A DNA stretch of 64,000 nucleotides from the IMG/VR virus record IMGVR_UViG_3300021437_000001, positions 32,001 to 96,000 of that record. One strand, written 5' to 3'. Both the position numbers and the translations under genes were made by a program. This document shows, in pieces, positions 29,109 through 38,118 of the stretch. The notes under the pieces are model-generated. The model saw only the letters and a list, made by a program, of their open reading frames with translations. It did no database searches and was not told the origin of the DNA. Positions within the stretch are counted from its first letter, which is position 1. Each line of letters opens with the position of its first letter. The stretch comes from a virus.

Positions 29109-30740
29109 GTGTCAGAAAAAGGCACCTTTGACGTATTTTCTAACAAGTTCGCACAAGATATTTTTCTTCAAAAATACAGTATGAATGGAACAGAGACCTG
29201 GGCTGATACCTGTGAAAGGGTTGTAAATGCCGTGTGTGGTCAGCTTTTGGACGCTAAGACCAAAGCTAAAATTTTAAAATTTATGAAAGAACGTAAGTTT
29301 ATTCCAGGCGGACGATATTTATATTCTGCTGGACGTTCATTTCATCAGGTTAACAATTGTTTTTTATTCAGGGCAGAAGACACTCGAGAGGGTTGGGCTG
29401 ACTTGATGGGTAAAGCTAGTTCTGCTTTACTAACTGGTGGCGGAATAGGCGTGGATTACACGGCCATTCGCTACAAAGGCGCTCCAATTAAGCGTACTGG
29501 CGGGTTTTGCACAGGTCCTATTTCTTTGATGGAAATGGTGAATGAAGCGGGCCGTCATGTAATGCAAGGTGGACAAAGGCGTTCAGCTATTTGGGCAGGT
29601 CTGCAATGGGACCATAAAGACATAAACGAATTCATTCATCTGAAAGATCATAATGCCGATCTTAAAGCTATGAAAGAAAAAGATTTTAATTTTAGATTGC
29701 CTATGGAATTTACAAATATCTCTGTGATATACGACACAAATTTCTTTATCGCAATTGAAGATGAAAGTCATCCAGATCATGCTAAAGCCAAAGCTGTATG
29801 GTTAGATAACTGTCGTCAAGCTTTCTCAACGGCTGAGCCTGGTATGGCATTTAATTTCAGAAAAGATGCTGAATCATTAAGAAATGCTTGTACAGAAGTT
29901 ACATCTGAAGAAGACTCTGATAAATGTAATTTAGGTACTGTATGGATGAATCGCTGTAAAGATAGAGAGGAATTTGCGGAAGTTTGCAAATTTGGAACTT
30001 TATTTTTGCTATGCGGTGGAATTTATTCTGATGTTCCAACTGAAAAAATTAAAGAAGTTGGTTTAAAAAATAACCGCATTGGGTTAGGGCTTGGCGGAAT
30101 GCACGAATGGCTGATGCTGCGTGGCTCAAAGTACGAATGTACTCCAGAGCTTCATAAATGGCTGGCTACCTACGAACGAGAATCTGACTCAGCCGCCTTT
30201 GTCGGCGCTAAGCAACTCGGAGTAGCTGTGCCTAAAGGTGTTAGAGCGATTGCTCCAACTGGGACGATAGGTATTATTGCAGAAACTACTACCGGAATTG
30301 AGCCGTTATTTTGTAAAAGCTACAAACGTCGATACTACAAAGAGGGTAAATGGATGCACCAATATGTCGTAGATGGTGCTGTAAAACGTCTACTAGCTTT
30401 GGGTGTAAAACTCGAAGATATTCAAGACTCGTATGACATCTCTTTTAAAGAGCGTGTTAAGTTTCAAGCAGATGTTCAGCAATACGTTGATATGTCTATT
30501 TCATCTACTTGCAATATGGCTTCTTGGGGTTCGGAAGAGAACAACGAATCTACACTTGAGAAAAATGCTATGGTACTATTAAAGTACGCCAAGCGCCTTC
30601 GAGGATTTACCGTATATCCAGATGGGTGTCGTGGTGGACAGCCTTTAACTCGAGCTGATCTTGAAGAGGCTATGGCTTCTGAAGGAAAAGTGTTTGAAGA
30701 AAAGGAAACCGAATGCGTAGGTGGAGTATGTGGAATTTAA
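29109..30740 (+). CDS. nrdJ: Ribonucleotide reductase, class II-like (compact)
   Basis: PGGRYL, NNCF, GGGIG, RRSA, RNACTE, CNLG, IAPTGTI, TTGIEP, C-terminal CVGGVC; no adjacent beta-subunit gene. Confidence 0.8.
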   Translation: MSEKGTFDVFSNKFAQDIFLQKYSMNGTETWADTCERVVNAVCGQLLDAKTKAKILKFMKERKFIPGGRYLYSAGRSFHQVNNCFLFRAEDTREGWADLMGKASSALLTGGGIGVDYTAIRYKGAPIKRTGGFCTGPISLMEMVNEAGRHVMQGGQRRSAIWAGLQWDHKDINEFIHLKDHNADLKAMKEKDFNFRLPMEFTNISVIYDTNFFIAIEDESHPDHAKAKAVWLDNCRQAFSTAEPGMAFNFRKDAESLRNACTEVTSEEDSDKCNLGTVWMNRCKDREEFAEVCKFGTLFLLCGGIYSDVPTEKIKEVGLKNNRIGLGLGGMHEWLMLRGSKYECTPELHKWLATYERESDSAAFVGAKQLGVAVPKGVRAIAPTGTIGIIAETTTGIEPLFCKSYKRRYYKEGKWMHQYVVDGAVKRLLALGVKLEDIQDSYDISFKERVKFQADVQQYVDMSISSTCNMASWGSEENNESTLEKNAMVLLKYAKRLRGFTVYPDGCRGGQPLTRADLEEAMASEGKVFEEKETECVGGVCGI

Positions 30741-31048
30741 AAACCAAAGCCCTTGTATATAAATACACGGGCTGGTATTTTGCGGATAAAGAGGAAAATG
30801 AGTATATTCAAAGTGACGAATGCTGGGAAAAGCTATTTAAGATCGTCAAGAATAAACAAAACGAATTAGATCCTCAGAGTGCTCAAGGTCTTTTAATAGG
30901 ACTTTGGCAATCCGAACATGGCTTTCATAGACCTGCTTCTTTTTTAAAATACAAACGGCCCAGAGCTTTCTGGCGTGTCGTGGCATGGTGGGTTGATCTT
31001 TATACCGTAATTAAATGGGATATTCAATCATGTCTACGAAAGAAGTAA
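30728..31048 (+). CDS. Hypothetical protein
   Basis: In-operon ORF; GGAG before ATG at about 30728. Confidence 0.45.
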   Translation: MWNLKTKALVYKYTGWYFADKEENEYIQSDECWEKLFKIVKNKQNELDPQSAQGLLIGLWQSEHGFHRPASFLKYKRPRAFWRVVAWWVDLYTVIKWDIQSCLRKK

Positions 31049-31329
31049 AATTAACAAATTTTCAAGTTCCTAGATCGCCAGAAGGTCAAATGCGAGATGC
31101 AATGGCCCAAGCGCCAGCTTTTAATCCTGATGACTATAAAAATCTAGGTAAAGTACACAATACACAGACAGTAGAAGAAGTGGCAGAGCGCATGATGCAA
31201 CGTCGTGAAGCAGTCACAGGTATTCCAATTAATAAGCCACCTGAAGAAGGTCCACAGGTAAACACTAAGGGTGTTGTGGATGATCGAGCCAAAGAATTCT
31301 GGACGCCGCCTAGAATCGGTCGAAGATAA
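31030..31329 (+). CDS. Hypothetical protein
   Basis: In-operon ORF, Pro-rich; start 31015 or 31030. Confidence 0.5.
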   Translation: MSTKEVKLTNFQVPRSPEGQMRDAMAQAPAFNPDDYKNLGKVHNTQTVEEVAERMMQRREAVTGIPINKPPEEGPQVNTKGVVDDRAKEFWTPPRIGRR

Positions 31330-31371
31330 CATTCTCAAAAAGCGACACTTTTCGGTGCTTTTTAAAAATGC

Positions 31372-31400
31372 TTGCATTTTGTAAACATACCTTATAGACT
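31372..31400 (+). promoter_or_regulatory. Putative sigma70-type promoter
   Basis: TTGCAT-N17-TAGACT; ATG 31407 starts 7 nt after the -10 box. Confidence 0.4.
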
Positions 31401-31406
31401 GTTTTC

Positions 31407-31712
31407 ATGAACAGGTTAGAAAAGTATTCTTTGTACCTTTTGGTTTATTCTTTCTTACTCAGCGTATTACGCCATAGCTTATGGTGTGGTGTTAATTCAG
31501 TGTGCCTAATGCTGGGCTTATTTGAAAACAGCATTCTACTTATATTTTTCCTACCAACATTCTATCTCCATAAGAAATTCGTAGGTCCTAGAGAGGACTT
31601 TAAAAGCGATTTTTCTTATTACTTAGCAAATCTGCCTTTGGCGATATGGTTTGCTTTTGTAGTATTTTGCAACATACTAAAGATTTTTAACTTGACATTT
31701 CTATTCTATTAA
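31407..31712 (+). CDS. Small multi-TM membrane protein
   Basis: 101 aa, about three hydrophobic segments. Confidence 0.45.
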   Translation: MNRLEKYSLYLLVYSFLLSVLRHSLWCGVNSVCLMLGLFENSILLIFFLPTFYLHKKFVGPREDFKSDFSYYLANLPLAIWFAFVVFCNILKIFNLTFLFY

Positions 31713-31720
31713 AGGATACT
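31692..31720 (+). promoter_or_regulatory. Putative sigma70-type promoter
   Basis: TTGACA-N17-GATACT upstream of the AAGGAG RBS at about 31745. Confidence 0.55.
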
Positions 31721-31754
31721 AATTTTGTCAGTTATTGTTATTTAAAGGAGCATT

Positions 31755-31934
31755 ATGACACAGGGAGACATGATACTACTCTGGCAACAAAGGCAAGAAT
31801 ATCTTGCAACGAAACAGTTTGAAGAGGGGCAGAGTTTTGTAGAAGATCCTCCATATTGTGAGGATGCGTATATTTCAGAAGAGGAAAGGTGGGAAGAGTT
31901 ATGTCAACAGCAGCAATCGCAACCACGATCTTAA
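31755..31934 (+). CDS. Small acidic hypothetical protein (not in ORF track)
   Basis: AAAGGAG RBS, ATG 31755, open to TAA 31934 (59 aa, MTQGDMILLWQQRQEY...). Confidence 0.5.
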   Translation: MTQGDMILLWQQRQEYLATKQFEEGQSFVEDPPYCEDAYISEEERWEELCQQQQSQPRS

Positions 31935-32101
31935 TGATTTGCGGTAGTGGTGGAACTGATAAGGACTTTGATTGTTACGATTACTATGTAAATTGTACAG
32001 TCAACCTTAAACCAGAACCAACGCTAAAAGAATTTGAAATTTGTAAACGAAATGAAAAATCAGGAATTAAACGGATAGAGAAACTAAAGGATACAAAATG
32101 A
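31901..32101 (+). CDS. Small Cys-containing exported hypothetical protein
   Basis: Hydrophobic N-terminus, several Cys; ATGA coupling to the next gene. Confidence 0.45.
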   Translation: MSTAAIATTILMICGSGGTDKDFDCYDYYVNCTVNLKPEPTLKEFEICKRNEKSGIKRIEKLKDTK

Positions 32102-32394
32102 GCGATCAACTAAACACAGGACTACTTCCTATCGGGGCAGTCAAAATTCCAGCGGTGGCTCCAGTTAAACCAGTTGCCGAAAAGCCTAAATTACGAGGGC
32201 TTACGGCTACACACGTCATCGTTGACGAAGTAGAAATCCTAACACTCGCACAAGTCGAACAAGCTCAGATCGAGAAAGTTCTAGCAATCCTTGGCAACAA
32301 CAAAGCCAAAGCTGCGAATGCTCTAGGAATTACTGTTAAAACACTTTATAACAAACTTCATGACTATGGTTTGTTTGAGAAGTACAAGGCTTAA
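32098..32394 (+). CDS. Stand-alone Fis/NtrC-type HTH_8 DNA-binding protein
   Basis: LTLAQVEQAQIEKVLAILGNNKAKAANALGITVKTLYNKLHDYG is the C-terminal HTH signature of sigma54 enhancer-binding proteins; no AAA+ or receiver domain. Confidence 0.85.
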   Translation: MSDQLNTGLLPIGAVKIPAVAPVKPVAEKPKLRGLTATHVIVDEVEILTLAQVEQAQIEKVLAILGNNKAKAANALGITVKTLYNKLHDYGLFEKYKA

Positions 32395-32395
32395 T

Positions 32396-32677
32396 ATGGT
32401 TTGGTTAAGCAGGATTTTGAATCGAAGGATTGTTAAAGGTTTTGAGTATCGTTTGAAGTCTCTTGAAGACTTAATGGATTCGTGTCAAGCTCAGATGTCT
32501 GAGTTAGGAGAAAAACTCGACATGCTTCGACGAGAAACTCCAGAACCACAAGAATCCATCAAAAAGATCAGTGGAGAATTTGAATTGTGGAGCCGCATGT
32601 ATTGGGATGCTTACAATAGGCACGACGAAGTTACATCGGGTTTAATGCTTGTGACTAAAGATTTTAATCGGAGGTAG
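32396..32677 (+). CDS. Hypothetical coiled-coil protein
   Basis: In-operon ORF. Confidence 0.45.
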   Translation: MVWLSRILNRRIVKGFEYRLKSLEDLMDSCQAQMSELGEKLDMLRRETPEPQESIKKISGEFELWSRMYWDAYNRHDEVTSGLMLVTKDFNRR

Positions 32678-32678
32678 C

Positions 32679-32915
32679 ATGGCAAAGAAGAAAGTTCGTC
32701 CTTTAGGAGACATAACTCTAGAGTTAGAACCACTTCTTCTTGAAATGGTATCAAGTCACGAGTTGCAACATGGAGAAATATTGAATATAATAAGAGGGTA
32801 TTTGGAAATCCATTGCCCAGATGCGCAAGAACAATACACAGATGGCACTACACCAGTGTTCTTTTACGGACACGAGGAGACGTTAAATGAGCGACGAAAA
32901 AGACCCAAAAACTAA
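32679..32915 (+). CDS. Hypothetical protein
   Basis: GGAGG RBS, 78 aa. Confidence 0.55.
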   Translation: MAKKKVRPLGDITLELEPLLLEMVSSHELQHGEILNIIRGYLEIHCPDAQEQYTDGTTPVFFYGHEETLNERRKRPKN

Positions 32916-33264
32916 TTTACGAGTTCTCGAGTTTGAACGTAAAAAAGAAAGCAGCGAATCCAATAAGATTGTTGCAGATATGTTTCGAACTCTAGCTAAG
33001 CGTGCTGATGCTGGTGATATTGAAGACTTCGTAATTACCTTCAAGAGCGAATCTCGTGGAATTGAATCTATGATTGGCGCTGGTAGAAGTGTTAGAGGGT
33101 TTGATTTTATTGGTTATATCGGCATGCTTGAAGTTCTTAAACAACGACTTCTTGGCATCATGTCCCAAATGACTTACGCCTACACTTATGAAGGTGAAGA
33201 AAAAGAAGAACCAAAACAATCGGAGGATAAGGATGGACAACCAACCGAGCCAGAGAGCACTTAG
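32887..33264 (+). CDS. Hypothetical protein
   Basis: GAGGAG RBS, 125 aa. Confidence 0.55.
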   Translation: MSDEKDPKTNLRVLEFERKKESSESNKIVADMFRTLAKRADAGDIEDFVITFKSESRGIESMIGAGRSVRGFDFIGYIGMLEVLKQRLLGIMSQMTYAYTYEGEEKEEPKQSEDKDGQPTEPEST

Positions 33265-33469
33265 AATAAATATTTCTAATATCTTTTTAGGGTTGCTGCT
33301 CTTGACTTTAGTAAATGCGATTTGTCCAGGCTTAGGCATTGATCCTAAAGCAGAATCAGGTCAAGTATTTTACATGTTAATTGCAGTGATGACTGCTTTT
33401 ATGTTTCCGTGGTTACAAGTTGTGGAGGTTGTAAATGATGACAGTGAAGATAAAACGCCTAAGTCCTGA
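33233..33469 (+). CDS. Small two-TM membrane protein
   Basis: GGAGG RBS before ATG at about 33233; two hydrophobic segments. Confidence 0.5.
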   Translation: MDNQPSQRALRINISNIFLGLLLLTLVNAICPGLGIDPKAESGQVFYMLIAVMTAFMFPWLQVVEVVNDDSEDKTPKS

Positions 33470-33884
33470 AGCGATAGTTCCAAAATACGCTAAAAATGGT
33501 GACGCAGGAATGGATTTAGTCGCAACTTCAAAAGAATTTGAAACTAATGACGCTGGCCGTAAAATGCAAGTATTTGGTACAGGTCTGGCTTTTGAAATTC
33601 CAGAAGGCTATGTAGGATTGATCTTTCCTAGATCTTCTATTGCTAAGACTGATTTGTCTTTGACTAATTGTGTCGGTGTGATTGATAGTGGATATAGAGG
33701 AGAAGTCAAATTTAAGTTTGCTATTGACAGTGGGTCTCGACCTACGCAAGCTTCTTCTTATAAAGTGGGCGACAGAATTGGTCAAATTATCATTATGCCG
33801 TATCCTCAAGTTAAATTTGAAGAAGTTGACAGCCTAAGTGACTCAGAACGAGGCACTGGTGGATTTGGAAGTTCGGGTACATAG
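33435..33884 (+). CDS. dut: dUTPase (trimeric)
   Basis: DAGMDL, GLIFPRSS, GVIDSGYRGE, GDRIGQ, RGTGGFGSSG. Confidence 0.95.
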   Translation: MMTVKIKRLSPEAIVPKYAKNGDAGMDLVATSKEFETNDAGRKMQVFGTGLAFEIPEGYVGLIFPRSSIAKTDLSLTNCVGVIDSGYRGEVKFKFAIDSGSRPTQASSYKVGDRIGQIIIMPYPQVKFEEVDSLSDSERGTGGFGSSGT

Positions 33885-33912
33885 TACACAGTCAACTATA
33901 TACTATGTTCTG

Positions 33913-33943
33913 ATGCCTCAGTTTGATACTGGGGCATTTTTTT
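33913..33943 (+). terminator. Intrinsic terminator
   Basis: ATGCCTCAGT-TTGAT-ACTGGGGCAT stem-loop followed by a T run, after dut. Confidence 0.7.
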
Positions 33944-33944
33944 A

Positions 33945-33973
33945 TTGACTATCTTATATGGCTAGGAGATACT
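33945..33973 (+). promoter_or_regulatory. Putative sigma70-type promoter
   Basis: TTGACT-N17-GATACT directly after the terminator; ATG 33980 starts 7 nt after the -10 box. Confidence 0.5.
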
Positions 33974-33979
33974 GACTTT

Positions 33980-34534
33980 ATGGAAAGAGATGATGAATCA
34001 AAGAAAATGCTCGATCAAGCTTTGTCAGCAGGGGATGACTGGCTTAGAAAACAGGGGGTCATTACCGACTTCTCTATTAACACGATCATTGCTTGGGTTT
34101 ATTTGAACTTTGAGAAGGTTGAGAATGTGGAGTTAGATGTAGATCGGCCAAAACAACGTATATACGCCCGTATATATTTAGGTTTTTGGACTCTTCTTTT
34201 AATGACACTTTTTCGACAAAAAGACGAACTTTTAGATACCATTTTTAATTGGCTTGCTGAGTATCTCCCTACTTATGAGATTTCAGTTGAGTTGAAGAGA
34301 TGGAAAGGAGCAAAACGTGAGAAATTTAGCATTAATCCTATCGTTAGCAGCCCTGATGATACCGACAATGAGCTGCCAGAAGGTGAAGGCAATATCGCCG
34401 AAGCTCTCAGAGCAAGAAAAACACACATTGAAGATTCAAAGAACTCTACAAGCATTGCAGCCAAACCTGAACAAAATGCAGAGTCTACAGTTAGCCCAGG
34501 CGATTCAGACTCAAGCGAAAATAAACAATCTTGA
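33980..34534 (+). CDS. Hypothetical protein with disordered C-tail overlapping the SLT gene
   Basis: ATG 33980; the last 218 nt overlap 34317..34910 in another frame. Confidence 0.55.
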   Translation: MERDDESKKMLDQALSAGDDWLRKQGVITDFSINTIIAWVYLNFEKVENVELDVDRPKQRIYARIYLGFWTLLLMTLFRQKDELLDTIFNWLAEYLPTYEISVELKRWKGAKREKFSINPIVSSPDDTDNELPEGEGNIAEALRARKTHIEDSKNSTSIAAKPEQNAESTVSPGDSDSSENKQS

Positions 34535-34910
34535 TTGGAGACTGATAGTTGCTATTTTCTTTCAAGAATCGTCCTTAAGCATTGACCCGCAAGGATGCCT
34601 TGCAAGTAAGAAACGCTGCACCGCCGATTATGGAATAGGACAGGTCAGAGCTAAGGTATGGGAAAAGGCGTTTCCAATTGATCGTAAAAAATTGATGTCT
34701 GACGTACACTATAGCGTACAGACTAGCGTGAAAGTTTTGACTTATTACAAAATGCGTTATGCACAAAAAGAACTTAACTGGTTTACTCGGTATCATTCCG
34801 GTTCACCAATTCATAGAGCTACTTATATGAAGAATCTTAACAAGGCTTTTGCAAAAATTAATAAGCATTTAAAAGATGACGAGGTGCGTCTAGTGGCAGC
34901 AACCCCTTGA
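34317..34910 (+). CDS. Lytic transglycosylase (SLT domain) with N-terminal signal/lipoprotein-like leader
   Basis: AIFFQESS catalytic Glu, DYGIGQV, RYHS; AAGGAG RBS before GTG; hydrophobic leader ending near Cys. Confidence 0.82.
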   Translation: MRNLALILSLAALMIPTMSCQKVKAISPKLSEQEKHTLKIQRTLQALQPNLNKMQSLQLAQAIQTQAKINNLDWRLIVAIFFQESSLSIDPQGCLASKKRCTADYGIGQVRAKVWEKAFPIDRKKLMSDVHYSVQTSVKVLTYYKMRYAQKELNWFTRYHSGSPIHRATYMKNLNKAFAKINKHLKDDEVRLVAATP

Positions 34911-34934
34911 TTTCACCCCCTTTTGTGCTATAAT
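34907..34934 (+). promoter_or_regulatory. Putative sigma70-type promoter for packaging genes
   Basis: TTGATT-N16-TATAAT with extended -10 TG. Confidence 0.5.
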
Positions 34935-34955
34935 GAGACAATAAGCGGAGTAAAA

Positions 34956-35588
34956 ATGTCAGATAAGAAAAAAGATCAAGGTATTCAGGAATTTACGGTC
35001 TCAACAACTGAGCCTAATGTCGTTGATGTTGACAATCTACCTACCAAAGTATTTCAACCTAGTGATTTTGATAAAGAGCAGATGTATCAAGACTTTCGTA
35101 AAGGTAAAACTTTAGTTGAACTGGCTGAAAAATGGAATGTTTCCGAAAAAAGTATGGGCCGTTATAAAAAAGACGGTAAATGGGATGAACGTCGGCAACG
35201 TGAGATTGATGAGAAGCGGAGTTTAGAGACTATCGAAATTGAAGAGATAGCCAAGCAGACATATTCTAAATTGTTAAAAGTCACCTATAAGTTAGTCAGT
35301 GATTTTGAACGTTATGTTTTTGATGGCGAAGAGCAAGGGTCTCCAGTTCCTTTGAAAGTTTTAACAGAGGCAGTCGAGAAGCTAACTAAATTGCATTATT
35401 TTGCTGCAAATGGCGGTGTGGAGCGCACTAAATCAGAAACGGTTACTAGAAACGTGACTGAGAAAATTGACTACGCTGCACTTGCTAAAATACACATGGA
35501 ATCTAAAAAACTTAACCCTGGATATGACGAAAAAGGTCTACTTAAAGACGTGGTAGATGCGTCATACAAAAAATCGGATAAGAAATGA
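34956..35588 (+). CDS. Probable terminase small subunit
   Basis: HTH-like TLVELAEKWNVSEKSMGRYKKDGKW; coupled by ATGA to the large subunit. Confidence 0.65.
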   Translation: MSDKKKDQGIQEFTVSTTEPNVVDVDNLPTKVFQPSDFDKEQMYQDFRKGKTLVELAEKWNVSEKSMGRYKKDGKWDERRQREIDEKRSLETIEIEEIAKQTYSKLLKVTYKLVSDFERYVFDGEEQGSPVPLKVLTEAVEKLTKLHYFAANGGVERTKSETVTRNVTEKIDYAALAKIHMESKKLNPGYDEKGLLKDVVDASYKKSDKK

Positions 35589-37399
35589 GTAATGATGTTC
35601 TAGAAACACTTGGAATAACTCCTATCAGCCGACCTCCTACTAAATTAGGAATGTCGCTGCTGGAATTCTTTGAGTGGGAAGCTACTCTAGGAATAAAAAA
35701 TCTATCTCCCGCTCAAAAAATTACTTTGAAGGTTATTCAGGGTGAAAAACTCGACGAAACTACTCCAATTCCAATTTCGCACCCTTATCAAGATAAGATT
35801 TTTGAAAACGAAGTTGAGATGTTTAAGTTTTTTTCTGGTAAAGACCATTACGAGCCAGTTATCTATTCAGATGTGTCCTTAGCTTGGGGGCGACGCTCAG
35901 GAAAGTCTACTACTATAGGTGCTGGAATTGCTATTTACTTTGCCACACAGTTTGATTATATTCCTTTACTTGGAACTTCTCCCCACGCTACGATACCGAT
36001 AGTAAGTCCTACCAAAGAACAAGCAGGAGAAATCTACGCCACTATAAAAAACATGATGTTGCGCTCTACCTATTTATTTGATGAATTTCTTGATGGTAAG
36101 ATTGATAACTTTCAAGACGAATACGATGAGGAAAAAGTCGGTAAAAAAGACGCCTTAATAGGCGGACAAATTAAATTGAACAACAAAGTCATTATCAAAG
36201 TGATCGCTGCCGATATTTCAAAACTAAGAGGTATGGCTGTACCCTTTGCGATAATGGACGAGTGCTGTTTCATGGGAGTTATGGAAGGAACTGACAACAA
36301 AAACACGGATAAAGCTATTTACGAAGCCTTATCTCCGGCGTTATCTCAGTTTCAACAGGTTGAAGGTATGGCTTTAATCTTGAAGATTAGTTCTCCAAAT
36401 GGACAATCTGGATTAATGTATGGTGATTATGAAATGTCAAAAGATCATGACGTATTGCACATGCAAGTGCCGTCTTGGTATGCGAATCCAACCATTCCGG
36501 TTAAATATCTTGAGAAACAAAAGAAAAAGGGTATTTCGTTCTTTCAACGAGAGTATGGCGCTCAATATACAGCATCAGAAATATCTTACTTAGACCCCAA
36601 CATGATAGATGCGGCTGTCATTTCGGGAGTGGATAGCTTACCCTTTAATCCTAAATATAGATATGTGGCTGTTACAGATTTTGCCAGTAAAAATGACTAT
36701 TGGGCTTTTGGAATTGGCCATAAAGAATATTATTGGGAAGGTAAAGAGAAGAAATCTTTAGTGGTGATAGATTATAGTGTCGCTTGGAAAGGCTTAGCTG
36801 GACAAGAATTAGATCCGATGCTTATAATACCGTTAATAGCCCAGAAGATGAAAGAATACCAGATTGGCTATTGTATAGCCGATCAGTATGCTTTTGCGGC
36901 AGTTAAAGCAATGCTTCAGCAGGAAGGTTGTATAGCTAAAGAGTTCAAGGTTTCGCAACAATCAAAAATGAAGTATATGTATTCTTTACAGATTGCTGTA
37001 AATTCAAAAACATTTAAAATTGTAGATCATCCTTTATTAATCAAACATTTAAAAGATCTTAGAGAGCGCAGAAGTCAGAATGGACGAGTGCAAATCATGA
37101 ATGCCCCAGGCTCTCATGACGATTTGGCAAACGTGGCAGCATTGATAACTTATCAATTTGACACGACATCTCCGATATACATAGGACATACAGACCATGA
37201 TGATACGCAAATTCCTACAGACACTAAAGACCTGACTGGACGACAAATAGCGCCACCTACAGCAGAAGAACTAGCTCAACTAAACGGTGTTGAAAAGTTT
37301 TATGACAATAGGGGCGAATTTGACGAAAAAGGTAATAGAAAACCTGGCACCGATGATGATGAGTCTGGCGGTGGCGGCAACATGTGGTGGGTATTTTAA
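35585..37399 (+). CDS. terL: Terminase large subunit
   Basis: GRRSGKS Walker A, LRG...AIMDE Walker B, ISSP motif III, FQREYGA, HDDLA nuclease motif. Confidence 0.88.
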   Translation: MSNDVLETLGITPISRPPTKLGMSLLEFFEWEATLGIKNLSPAQKITLKVIQGEKLDETTPIPISHPYQDKIFENEVEMFKFFSGKDHYEPVIYSDVSLAWGRRSGKSTTIGAGIAIYFATQFDYIPLLGTSPHATIPIVSPTKEQAGEIYATIKNMMLRSTYLFDEFLDGKIDNFQDEYDEEKVGKKDALIGGQIKLNNKVIIKVIAADISKLRGMAVPFAIMDECCFMGVMEGTDNKNTDKAIYEALSPALSQFQQVEGMALILKISSPNGQSGLMYGDYEMSKDHDVLHMQVPSWYANPTIPVKYLEKQKKKGISFFQREYGAQYTASEISYLDPNMIDAAVISGVDSLPFNPKYRYVAVTDFASKNDYWAFGIGHKEYYWEGKEKKSLVVIDYSVAWKGLAGQELDPMLIIPLIAQKMKEYQIGYCIADQYAFAAVKAMLQQEGCIAKEFKVSQQSKMKYMYSLQIAVNSKTFKIVDHPLLIKHLKDLRERRSQNGRVQIMNAPGSHDDLANVAALITYQFDTTSPIYIGHTDHDDTQIPTDTKDLTGRQIAPPTAEELAQLNGVEKFYDNRGEFDEKGNRKPGTDDDESGGGGNMWWVF

Positions 37400-37980
37400 T
37401 GAAAGTCTGTTCTTTATGCGCAGAAACTAAGCCTCTAGAAGAATTTTCAAAAAAGACAGGTACTAGAAGGCAATCTCGATGCAAATCCTGTTTTAGAAGT
37501 GTACTAAAGCTCTATCGAAAACAGAACCAAGATAGTATAAGTAAGCGACGAAAAGCGGCATACAAAACAGACCCATTAAGATATAACAAGCAAAATCAAG
37601 ACTCTTATATTAGAAACCATACTAAAAGAGTCAAGTATGCGTCAGAATATGTAAAAACTAAGTTAGAAACTGATCTTGTGTTTAAAGTTCGCCATAAAAT
37701 TAGAGACAGATTTCATAAAGCCTTGAAAGGTAATTACAAGAAAGGTTCGGCGGTAAAAAACCTAGGTTGTTCGATTGAATTCCTAGTAAAATACTTAGAG
37801 ACTAGGTTTGCAGTAGGCATGACTTGGGATAACTACGGTGTGCATGGTTGGCATATAGATCATATTATGCCCTTGTCTAAGTTTGATTTGAACGATCCTG
37901 TACAAATAGCAAAGGCGTGTCATTATACAAACTTGCAACCTTTGTGGGCTACTGATAATATAAGAAAAGGCAATAGATGA
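37399..37980 (+). CDS. HNH endonuclease with N-terminal zinc finger (homing-type)
   Basis: CSLC...CKSC; WHIDHIMP...HYTNLQPLWATDNIRKG; TAATG coupling to terL. Confidence 0.8.
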   Translation: MKVCSLCAETKPLEEFSKKTGTRRQSRCKSCFRSVLKLYRKQNQDSISKRRKAAYKTDPLRYNKQNQDSYIRNHTKRVKYASEYVKTKLETDLVFKVRHKIRDRFHKALKGNYKKGSAVKNLGCSIEFLVKYLETRFAVGMTWDNYGVHGWHIDHIMPLSKFDLNDPVQIAKACHYTNLQPLWATDNIRKGNR

Positions 37981-38118
37981 AGAAAGACTTGCACGCATTT
38001 AGAAAATTTCAAGCTGAGTGGATGACTAGTGATTTTAAGCCAAAAGGCAAAATTCTAAAGAAAATCAAACATTCTGCAAGACAGAACGCTAAAAAAGAGA
38101 TTAATAAAGAGGTAAAGA

